From an uncultured Clostridia bacterium (GTDB lineage: Bacteria; Bacillota; Clostridia; UMGS1883): 36,134 nt of DNA. Shown here piece by piece: positions 7,604 to 14,764 of this stretch (within the stretch, counting starts at the first letter, position 1; the number at the start of each line of letters is the position of its first letter). The stretch spans positions 1 to 36,134 of the forward strand of contig CANQKL010000002.1 of the NCBI GenBank assembly GCA_947624455.1, given 5' to 3'. The notes below the pieces were generated by a model that made no database searches, was not told the origin of the DNA, and saw only the letters and a list, made by a program, of their open reading frames with translations. A program made the position numbers and the translations under genes.

Positions 7604-8869
7604 TTATGCAAACAAAGCTAAGAACACACCCGCCGCCACTGCGCTGCCGATAACTCCGGCGACGTTGGGGCCCATGGCGTGCATGAGCAGGAAGTTGGCG
7701 GGGTGCTCGTCCTGCCCCACCTTTTGGGAGACACGGGCGGCCATGGGTACGGCGCTTACGCCCGCGCTGCCGATAAGGGGATTGACCTTGCCGCCGGTGA
7801 CCTTGCACATGATCTTGCCGAAAAGTACGCCGCCGATGGTGCTAATGCAGAAGGCCGCCAGACCCAGCGCGATAATAAGGATGGTCTTGGCAGTCAGGAA
7901 GGTGTCGGCCTTAGCGGTGGCGCCTACGGTGATGCCTAAGAATATGGTGACTATGTTCATCAGCTCGTTCTGAGCGGTCTTGCACAGGCGGTCGGCGACG
8001 CCGCTCTCCTTGATGAGGTTGCCCAGCATGAGCATACCTACCAGCGGAGCCGCGTCCGGCACGATGAGTACCACCACCAGAGTTACGATTATGGGGAAAA
8101 GTATCTTCTCTCTCTTTGTCACGGGGCGAAGCTGCTCCATGACTATCTGCCGCTCAGCCTTGGTGGTGAGCATTTTCATAAAGGGGGGCTGGATTATGGG
8201 GATAAGGGCCATATAGGAATAGGCCGCGATGGCTATGGCGCTCAAGAGGCCGGGGGCCAGGGTCTTTGTGACGTAAATGGCCGTGGGGCCGTCCGCGCCG
8301 CCGATAATGCCGATGGAGGCGGCTTCCTTGAATATAGTCTCGGCGGTACCGTCAGCGCCGAAGCCGCCGATGCCCAGCACGCCGAGGATTATCGCGCCGA
8401 TGAAGGTTATGAATACGCCCAGCTGCGCCGCCGCGCCCAAAAGTATGCTCTTCGGGTTGGAGATCAGCGGCCCAAAGTCCGTCATGCAGCCGATGCCCAG
8501 GAAGATAAGGGGCGGATATATGCCCAGCTTGACTCCCAGATACAAAAGATCCAAAAGACCGCCCTTGTGGAAGATCAAATTCATATCCAGATCGTGGCCG
8601 TCAATGAGATATTCGGGGTCTATGAAATACTGGGGGTGCATCACCTCGCCCAGCGGCAGGTTTGCGATAAGCATACCAAAGGCTATGGGCAGGAGCAGCA
8701 AAGGTTCAAATTTCTTAACAATGGCAAGGTAGAGGAGCACACAGGCGATGGCCAGCATTACCAGGGTCTTGAGGCCGTAAAAGTCGTCGGCCACAAGCTT
8801 GGTCAGTATTTCGTACACGCCGGTCTTGGCAAAAAACGCTCCGAACCCTTCCAGCAAATTATTCAGCAA
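7604..8869 (-). CDS. Na+-translocating decarboxylase beta subunit (OadB/MmdB/GcdB family)
   Basis: Polytopic membrane protein with KKFEPLLLLPIAFGMLIANLP, IGIIGGADGPTAIY and a C-terminus typical of the OAD_beta family. Start is TTG 8869, 10 nt after GGAG. Confidence 0.9.
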   Translation of the reverse strand: MLNNLLEGFGAFFAKTGVYEILTKLVADDFYGLKTLVMLAIACVLLYLAIVKKFEPLLLLPIAFGMLIANLPLGEVMHPQYFIDPEYLIDGHDLDMNLIFHKGGLLDLLYLGVKLGIYPPLIFLGIGCMTDFGPLISNPKSILLGAAAQLGVFITFIGAIILGVLGIGGFGADGTAETIFKEAASIGIIGGADGPTAIYVTKTLAPGLLSAIAIAAYSYMALIPIIQPPFMKMLTTKAERQIVMEQLRPVTKREKILFPIIVTLVVVLIVPDAAPLVGMLMLGNLIKESGVADRLCKTAQNELMNIVTIFLGITVGATAKADTFLTAKTILIIALGLAAFCISTIGGVLFGKIMCKVTGGKVNPLIGSAGVSAVPMAARVSQKVGQDEHPANFLLMHAMGPNVAGVIGSAVAAGVFLALFA

Positions 8870-8908
8870 CTTGATTCAACTCCTTTACAATGTTCTTGTC
8901 CGGACAGG

Positions 8909-9262
8909 TTACGCTATAGTGACAAGAACATCGCCGGTGTTGACGGTGGAGCCCTTGGAGGCAACGACGGTCACAACTCCGGCCTGGGGAGCCTTGATCT
9001 CGTTTTCCATCTTCATAGCCTCAAGTATCACCAGAGTATCTCCGGCCTTGACGCTGGCGCCGTTGGCCACCTTGACGTCCAGCACGTTGCCGGGCATGGG
9101 AGCCTTTACGGGAGTGCCTTTGCCCACAGGGGCGGCCTTCTTGGGAGCGGGAGCGGCGGCGGGAGCGGCCTTGGGTGCGGCGGGAGCGGCGGAGCCGGCC
9201 TCCACTTCCTCGACCTCAACCTCGTAGGAATTACCGTTAACGTTTACAATAAATTTTCTCAT
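8909..9262 (-). CDS. biotin carboxyl carrier subunit (1.3S / MmdC-like)
   Basis: ATG 9262 follows AAGGAGGA. Ala/Pro-rich linker AAPAAPKAAPAAAPAPKKAAP, then a biotinyl domain with the EAMKMENEI motif. Confidence 0.9.
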   Translation of the reverse strand: MRKFIVNVNGNSYEVEVEEVEAGSAAPAAPKAAPAAAPAPKKAAPVGKGTPVKAPMPGNVLDVKVANGASVKAGDTLVILEAMKMENEIKAPQAGVVTVVASKGSTVNTGDVLVTIA

Positions 9263-9277
9263 GATTTTATATCCTCC

Positions 9278-9631
9278 TTAAAATCTGTTGTCGAGAGCGT
9301 CCCGGCGACCGGCCTTGTTCCAGGCTTCGCCGTCCAGCTTTTTATAAGACCGCACCTGAATGGACGAGGTTCCGGCGCCAATGGCGGCGGCAACGGCGGC
9401 GGTTATGACCGCTATCAGCTCAAGGCTGTCCTCCTCGGGTTCGGGCGCGGCTTCAACGGGAGCCGCGGGAGCGGGTTCCTGAGGCGTTTTCTCAGCGGAA
9501 AACAGGGCCATGGCCTTAATAACGAACATTATGATTATCAGGATAAGGAACACTATACATATTCCCATGATTGTGTAGGCAATACCCTCGCCGATCAGCT
9601 CGGCGGGTTCAAAATCTACGTATCTCGTCAT
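9278..9631 (-). CDS. OadG-family small membrane subunit (decarboxylase gamma/delta)
   Basis: ATG 9631 lies 6 nt after GAGGTG; the track start 9640 is a GTG inside the RBS. One TM helix (IAYTIMGICIVFLILIIIMFVI), an Ala/Pro linker and the conserved tail AVITAAVAAAIG...IQVRSYKK. Confidence 0.75.
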   Translation of the reverse strand: MTRYVDFEPAELIGEGIAYTIMGICIVFLILIIIMFVIKAMALFSAEKTPQEPAPAAPVEAAPEPEEDSLELIAVITAAVAAAIGAGTSSIQVRSYKKLDGEAWNKAGRRDALDNRF

Positions 9632-9643
9632 ACCGCTCACCTC

Positions 9644-11125
9644 TTACAGGGGCATATTGTCATGCTTGCGTGCCACGGCGCAAACGCGCTTGCTCGCCAG
9701 CATTTCCAGGGCGGCGGCCAATCGGGGCCGAGTCTCGGACGGCTCGATAACGTCGTCGATAACTCCGGCGGCGGCGGCCATCAACGGCGAAGCGTCAGTC
9801 TCCTTATATGCCTTCTCCAGCTCCTCCCGGCTCTTTCCCTCGTGGAGCTTATCCTCATAGAGGAGCTGCACGCCCGTCTTAGAGGACAGGGGCGCTATCT
9901 CGGCCTGGGGCCAGGCATAAACCAGGTCAGCTCCCAGCTCTTTGGAGTTCATGGCGCTGTAGCTGCTGCCGCAGGCTTTTCCAACAATGATATTTACCTT
10001 GGGAACGGTGGCCTCGGCAAAGGCGTAAAGGAGCTTGGCGCCCTTTCTCGCAAGACCCCATTCCTCCTCGGAGGCGGCGATGGCGAAGCCGTCCACGTCG
10101 GTGAAGGTCACCACCGGAATATTGAAGCAGTCGCAGAACCGCACGAACCGAGCCAGCTTTTCCGCGGCCTGACCGGTGATCACGCCCCCGTCCACGGAGG
10201 GCTGATTCGCGGCGACGCCCACGGTCGCGCCGTTTACTCTCGCAAAACCGGCAACCGCGCTCTTTGCATAGGCCGACTGTACCTCAAAGAAAGCCTTGTC
10301 GTCCACAGCCTCGGCTATGACGGTCCGAACGTCGTACTCGCCGTCAAGATCCTCCAGTTCCGCGCTGGTGCGGTTGAGGTCGTCGGCGCAGTCAAGAACC
10401 GCCGGATCGGCCAGATTGTTGGAGGGCAGATAGCTCAGCAGCAGTCTCGCCGTCTCCACGCACAGCTCGTCGCTTTCGGCGGCAAAGTGAGCCATACCGC
10501 TGACGGCAAAGCTGCCCTTGCCGTCCACAGCGGCCTTCTTGCCGGTGGAAGCCTGAATGACCGAGGGGCCGTTTACGAATATGCGCCCGGTCTTTTCATT
10601 TATAATCACAAAGTCGCTCATTTCGGCAGCCAGCGCGGCGCCGCCAGCGCAGTTGCCCAGGACGAGGCTGATGTTGGGGACTAAGCCGCTCACGGCGGCG
10701 GCGGCGGCAAAGAGCTTACCGGCGGCGGCCTGAGCGGCCACGCCCTCCCCTATTCTCGCCCCGCAGGAGTCCAGGAACCCCACAATGGGAGCGCCCATTT
10801 TCGCGGCCATGGCGAAAACGGCGCAGACCTTATCCACGTTCATTTCGCCTATGGCTCCGCCCATGACGGTGGGATCCTGGGAATAAACGTAAACCAGTCT
10901 GCCGTCCACAGTGCCGTAGCCGGTCACAACTCCGTCGGCGGGCGTATAGCCGTTACGTGCGCTGACCAGCGCGCCCAGCTCCACGAAGCTGCCGCCGTCC
11001 AGTAGAGCCTGGATACGCTCCCTGGCGGTGAGGCCGCCGGACTTATTCTGCTTTTCTGCTCCGCCGCCTTGGGCCGCCTTAGCCTTGGCCTGGCGAAGGA
11101 GCGTAAGCTTTTCCATAGTGTCCAT
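9644..11125 (-). CDS. 12S-type acyl-CoA carboxyltransferase (methylmalonyl-CoA decarboxylase alpha / propionyl-CoA carboxylase beta family)
   Basis: ATG 11125 lies 7 nt after AGGAGG. The Carboxyl_trans family is recognisable throughout (GGLTARERIQALLDGGSFVELG, VTGYGTVDGRLVYVYSQDPTVMGGA, VTFTDVDGF...). Substrate cannot be assigned by eye. Confidence 0.88.
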   Translation of the reverse strand: MDTMEKLTLLRQAKAKAAQGGGAEKQNKSGGLTARERIQALLDGGSFVELGALVSARNGYTPADGVVTGYGTVDGRLVYVYSQDPTVMGGAIGEMNVDKVCAVFAMAAKMGAPIVGFLDSCGARIGEGVAAQAAAGKLFAAAAAVSGLVPNISLVLGNCAGGAALAAEMSDFVIINEKTGRIFVNGPSVIQASTGKKAAVDGKGSFAVSGMAHFAAESDELCVETARLLLSYLPSNNLADPAVLDCADDLNRTSAELEDLDGEYDVRTVIAEAVDDKAFFEVQSAYAKSAVAGFARVNGATVGVAANQPSVDGGVITGQAAEKLARFVRFCDCFNIPVVTFTDVDGFAIAASEEEWGLARKGAKLLYAFAEATVPKVNIIVGKACGSSYSAMNSKELGADLVYAWPQAEIAPLSSKTGVQLLYEDKLHEGKSREELEKAYKETDASPLMAAAAGVIDDVIEPSETRPRLAAALEMLASKRVCAVARKHDNMPL

Positions 11126-11174
11126 GTATTTACCTCCTTATAAGTTAAAAACCATTTTAAGCCATTATACCAAT

Positions 11175-11203
11175 AGTATACATTAAAACCCACCGCAATG
11201 CAA
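11175..11203 (-). promoter_or_regulatory. sigma-70-type promoter candidate for the decarboxylase operon
   Basis: On the minus strand: TTGCAT (11203-11198), 17-nt spacer, TATACT (11180-11175). A TATAAT also lies at 11169-11164. Confidence 0.45.
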
Positions 11204-11220
11204 GTGTTATTTTTGCTGTA

Positions 11221-11256
11221 TAATAAAAAAATCTGACAAGTTTTTTTGTCAGATTT
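11221..11256 (-). terminator. Rho-independent terminator after the BMP gene
   Basis: AAATCTGACAA (11229-11239) / TTGTCAGATTT (11246-11256). On the minus strand it is followed by TTTTTATTA. A second perfect 12-bp hairpin GAGCGCGGCGAA/TTCGCCGCGCTC at 11289-11316 lies just after the stop codon. Confidence 0.6.
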
Positions 11257-11322
11257 ATAGAATGTCCGTCGGCCCCTATATCTATAACGAGCGCGGCGAA
11301 AAGATTCGCCGCGCTCGAACGG

Positions 11323-12570
11323 TCACGCCGACAGTTCGGTTTCCGCTTCTTCAATAATAATGGGCGGCACCGGAGCCATGTCCACGGCCCACTCAACGAT
11401 GTTCTGGTTATACCAGGACATCCCGCCGGATATATCGGCGTCTGACAGGGCCTCCCCCTCGGGGCAGATCACCTGACCGCTATTGTCATATATAGGGCCG
11501 GTGAAAATATGCCGGCCGGCAAAAAACTCGTTCTTGGCCTCATTGACGGCGGCGGTAGTACCCCGGGCGCAGTTGTGATTTACCGGCGAAAGGGCCACAA
11601 GGCCATCAGCCAGCCCGCCGACAACGTCGTTGCTCTCGGGCGAGACTTGTATCTCCCCGTTCACCTCTTTCGCGCTGTAACCGCCCCAGATTCCCTCGAT
11701 GTTTTCCTTGACGGCCTTAGTGTAGAATATGCCCCAGTTCACCACGGGAGCCTGGAGATGGGCTTTGGGAGCCGCCTCGCCCATGTCCGTCAAAAAGCCT
11801 ATCCCCCACGCTTCACTCTGAGCGGCGGCAAGCTGCCCAGCGGTGGAATAGGTGTTCTGGGCAATAACATCGCAGCCAAGGTTCAGCAGCGACTGGGCGG
11901 CCTCGCCCTCGGCTGCGGGGTCACAGCGTTCTTCCACAGTGCGCAAAATCACCCTCATCTCCGGAGCCACCCTTTGAACCCCCAGAGCAAAGGCGTTTAT
12001 GCCGACCACAGCGTCCTTTGAGCCGACGTAGCCCACAAAGCCTATAACGCCGGTTTTGGTACGGCTGGCGGCGACTATGCCGCTGAGATACTGGGCCTCG
12101 TACATATTCGCGCTGTAACCGCTGAAATTGGCGGGGGAGTTGTCCTCCTTAACGAGGGCGTTGCAGAAGATTATCTCAGGATTGTTCTTTGCCGCGGCGA
12201 GCATAGCGCGGGCATACTCTTTCTCAGTGCCGAAAATTATTTTACAGCCGTCGTCCACGCAGGTCTGCACGGCCTCATTTATTTTATCCCTGTCGTCCAC
12301 CCGAACGTCGGACACCCGCTTTATTTGCTCCTGGGAAAGTCCCAACGCCCGGCGCATAGCCTCAATGCCCTGAAAATGGGACTGGACGTAGGCATTGTCG
12401 CTTTCCTCATTGCCGCTGAGTATAACGCCCACGCGGATCTCGCTTTCGGCGGCCACGTCTACCACAGGCGTAATACCCGACTCGGGAGGCTTCGTTTTTA
12501 TGCAGGCGGTCATAGATATCATCGCAAGTATCAGCACAAGCGTCAACGCACGTTTCTTCACCTTTGGCAC
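11323..12570 (-). CDS. BMP-family (PnrA/Med-like) ABC substrate-binding lipoprotein, orphan
   Basis: Lipobox ISMTAC after a basic n-region. BMP-like body (RVGVILSGNEESDNAY..., GVIGFVGYVGSKDAVVGINAF...). The start is ambiguous: GTG 12570 is 1 nt from AGGAG and GTG 12561 is 10 nt from it. Confidence 0.8.
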   Translation of the reverse strand: MPKVKKRALTLVLILAMISMTACIKTKPPESGITPVVDVAAESEIRVGVILSGNEESDNAYVQSHFQGIEAMRRALGLSQEQIKRVSDVRVDDRDKINEAVQTCVDDGCKIIFGTEKEYARAMLAAAKNNPEIIFCNALVKEDNSPANFSGYSANMYEAQYLSGIVAASRTKTGVIGFVGYVGSKDAVVGINAFALGVQRVAPEMRVILRTVEERCDPAAEGEAAQSLLNLGCDVIAQNTYSTAGQLAAAQSEAWGIGFLTDMGEAAPKAHLQAPVVNWGIFYTKAVKENIEGIWGGYSAKEVNGEIQVSPESNDVVGGLADGLVALSPVNHNCARGTTAAVNEAKNEFFAGRHIFTGPIYDNSGQVICPEGEALSDADISGGMSWYNQNIVEWAVDMAPVPPIIIEEAETELSA

Positions 12571-12596
12571 ACTCCTTTGTTAAATCCTTTTTCTTT

Positions 12597-12625
12597 ATTT
12601 TACAACATTATCTCCAATTTTACAA
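12597..12625 (-). promoter_or_regulatory. sigma-70-type promoter candidate for the BMP gene
   Basis: On the minus strand: TTGTAA (12625-12620), 17-nt spacer, TAAAAT (12602-12597). Confidence 0.4.
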
Positions 12626-12658
12626 GGGCTTTACAAAAAATTCACAAAAAATGGGCTG

Positions 12659-12692
12659 TAAAAAAATAAAAAGAGAACCGCCGAAACGGTTC
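12659..12692 (-). terminator. Rho-independent terminator at the end of the 14-kb operon
   Basis: GAACCG (12675-12680) / CGGTTC (12687-12692). On the minus strand it is followed by CTCTTTTTATTTTTTT (plus-strand A-run 12659-12672). Confidence 0.5.
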
Positions 12693-12726
12693 CCTTTTTC
12701 ATTGTTTTTAATTCGAGCTGTCAACA

Positions 12727-12789
12727 GCTCAAGCGCCGCGCAATGCGGCTCAAGCGGCACGCAATTAGGCTCAAGCGCCGCGCTTGTTA
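12727..12789. repeat. three tandem 21-bp direct repeats overlapping the stop codon of 12787..13830
   Basis: GCTCAAGCGCCGCGCAATGCG (12727-12747), GCTCAAGCGGCACGCAATTAG (12748-12768), GCTCAAGCGCCGCGCTTGTTA (12769-12789). GCTCAAGCG recurs with an exact period of 21. Copy 3 contains the palindrome CAAGCGC-c-GCGCTTG. A GAGCTG-tcaa-CAGCTC palindrome lies at 12715-12730. Confidence 0.85.
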
Positions 12790-13830
12790 GCCAACCAGAC
12801 CGGACTGCTCCATGTTCTCAACCAGGCTCCTCTGTACGCAGAAGTATACGATAAGTAGGGGAACCAGGAAGATGAGTACCGCCGCCTGCTTGACCGCGTC
12901 AAAGGCAAAGCCGGATGCCGCGGGCTTGTCGAACCAGGTCTGCACCGCCGTAACAACGGTGTCGGACTGAGACGCGGCAAACCTCTGGGACAGCTTAACC
13001 GCCGCGAAGGGGCCTTCCGGATAGAAGTAACCGGTGTAATAGGTGTCGCCGTAGTTCCACACGAAGGACAGTATAGCCACCGTCATTATAGTGGGAGTGG
13101 CGTTGGGCAGAGCGATCCTGAAATACGTCTTGTAGAAGCCGCAGCCGTCGATAAGGGCGGCCTCCTCCAGTTCCTTGGGCAGGCCCATAAAGAACTGACG
13201 GAACAGGTAAATGAACATACTCTGCTTAAGACCAAAGCCGAACAGCGACAGAAGATACAGCGTGACGGGCTTGTTGATAAGGTCGATCGGGCCGCCGGTA
13301 AGGGCCGTAAAGATTCCAAAGATGTCAAAATTCTTGAAGCGCAGGTACTGGGAAATCAGCAGCGCCTGATCGGGAACCACGAAGGTGACGATTATCAAGA
13401 AGAATATCAATGTGCCTCCGGGAACCTTGATCCTGCCCAGAACATAACCGGCCATAGCGCTGATGAACACCTGGATAACAGCGATACTGGCGGCGTAGAG
13501 CAACGACCAGAGGATAATGGAGAAATTGCCGTAAACCAACCGGATGGCGGCCTTAAAGCTCACCAGCGAAAAAGTCTTGGGTACCCATACGATATCGGGG
13601 TTGCCCAGGTCCTCAACATCGTTGAGTACCATGGGGAACAGCTTTATGATGGGATAGAGGATGGTGAAGCACATTCCTATGATAAGAGATACCGCAAAGA
13701 TCTTGAAAACCAGATTCTGGAGGTAACGGGTCCTGTGCAGGGGATCGGTGATGGAGTTATCGTTCCACTTTTCCTTGAGCCATGCGCCGAAGCCGGGGCC
13801 CTTGACTTTATTTTTAGTCTTACTTGCCAT
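12787..13830 (-). CDS. carbohydrate ABC transporter permease (MalG/CUT1 type), pair 2
   Basis: Polytopic membrane protein. EAA loop LEEAALIDGCGFYKTYFRIALPNATP. The start overlaps the upstream permease gene by 11 nt. Confidence 0.9.
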   Translation of the reverse strand: MASKTKNKVKGPGFGAWLKEKWNDNSITDPLHRTRYLQNLVFKIFAVSLIIGMCFTILYPIIKLFPMVLNDVEDLGNPDIVWVPKTFSLVSFKAAIRLVYGNFSIILWSLLYAASIAVIQVFISAMAGYVLGRIKVPGGTLIFFLIIVTFVVPDQALLISQYLRFKNFDIFGIFTALTGGPIDLINKPVTLYLLSLFGFGLKQSMFIYLFRQFFMGLPKELEEAALIDGCGFYKTYFRIALPNATPTIMTVAILSFVWNYGDTYYTGYFYPEGPFAAVKLSQRFAASQSDTVVTAVQTWFDKPAASGFAFDAVKQAAVLIFLVPLLIVYFCVQRSLVENMEQSGLVG

Positions 13831-14764
13831 AATCTAATTTCACCACCTTTGTCAGAATTAAAACCAGGATCACCAGGGCTATCAGCACGTTCAGCAGGAA
13901 GCATACCGACAGGGCGCTTCCGACGCCGATCTTGTTGCTCTGGAAAGCGAAAGCGTATATCTCCTGAGACATCTTGGAGGCCAGGAACAGGTCTACCAAT
14001 GTGTACACGAAGATAAACAGCGTCGTGTTGCCAACCATTGGGAAGGTGATCTTCCAGAAGGTTTCATAGGTCGTGCAGCCCTCGATCTTGGCAACCTCAT
14101 AAAGAGAGGGGTTGATGGACTGGAGGGCGGCAAGGTACATCAGCGTTTGAACGCCGGCCTTGGAAACGATACCGAAGATATCGCTGATGACTCCCACGAT
14201 GAAGGAGATCACACTCTCGGGCAGGAAGCCTACCCGCGTGAACAGGCTCATCAGGAAGCCGGATTCCTCCGTGGCCGTGGTCGCCACCGCCGTAACGTCT
14301 CCGCCGGTGGACACGGTGATAAGATCCGTTACGATCGTAAGACCGAGTACTATCGGCAGGAAGAAGATTACGCGGACCACGCCCCGCCCCTTGTACTTCG
14401 CGTTGACAAGCAGCGCGCAGAACAAGCTGAATATAACGATCAACGGGGTGTTGAGCAGAACGTTAGAGTTCTCGTCGGTGAAAACCCGGATGAACTGCTG
14501 AGACTGGGTGGAAACCTCGGTGTTGAACAGGTCAAAGTAGTTATTGGTGCCTACAAACTCCATGGCCATACCGCCGGTGTCGCCAACCTCAACCTTGTTA
14601 AAGGAATAGATGACCGTATTTATAATCGGGATCATAAAGAACAAGAGGAAACCTATGATCCACGGCGCCAGGAAAACGTAACCGTTTATCTTCTGAGTGG
14701 TGGCGAAGGTAAGTGGCTTTCTTGTCTTTTTGGGTTTATTTTCCACATTCGCTTCTTGTTTCAT
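13820..14764 (-). CDS. sugar ABC transporter permease (MalF/CUT1 type), pair 2
   Basis: Polytopic membrane protein. EAA loop LYEVAKIEGCTTYETFWKITFPMV. ATG 14764 overlaps the upstream stop (TAATG). Confidence 0.9.
   Translation of the reverse strand: MKQEANVENKPKKTRKPLTFATTQKINGYVFLAPWIIGFLLFFMIPIINTVIYSFNKVEVGDTGGMAMEFVGTNNYFDLFNTEVSTQSQQFIRVFTDENSNVLLNTPLIVIFSLFCALLVNAKYKGRGVVRVIFFLPIVLGLTIVTDLITVSTGGDVTAVATTATEESGFLMSLFTRVGFLPESVISFIVGVISDIFGIVSKAGVQTLMYLAALQSINPSLYEVAKIEGCTTYETFWKITFPMVGNTTLFIFVYTLVDLFLASKMSQEIYAFAFQSNKIGVGSALSVCFLLNVLIALVILVLILTKVVKLDYGK

Noticed and set aside
8567-10684. 705-aa ORF on the + strand opposite the decarboxylase genes. Similar long antisense ORFs lie at 14713-16110, 18550-19761, 22441-24144, 24592-26748, 27033-29120, 29600-30472 and 30775-31920.
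   Set aside because: They are mirror-frame ORFs of well-supported minus-strand genes in GC-rich DNA. Their translations are low-complexity (Gly/Val/His/Leu/Arg-rich) with no RBS or motifs, while the opposite strand carries clearly recognisable families.
12727-12789. Possible CRISPR array, or a coding repeat (the + strand ORF 12564-12854 shows SSAAQCGSSGTQLGSSAALVS).
   Set aside because: The 21-bp units are contiguous with no spacers, there are only three copies, and no cas genes are present. The + strand ORF has no RBS and exists only because of the repeat.
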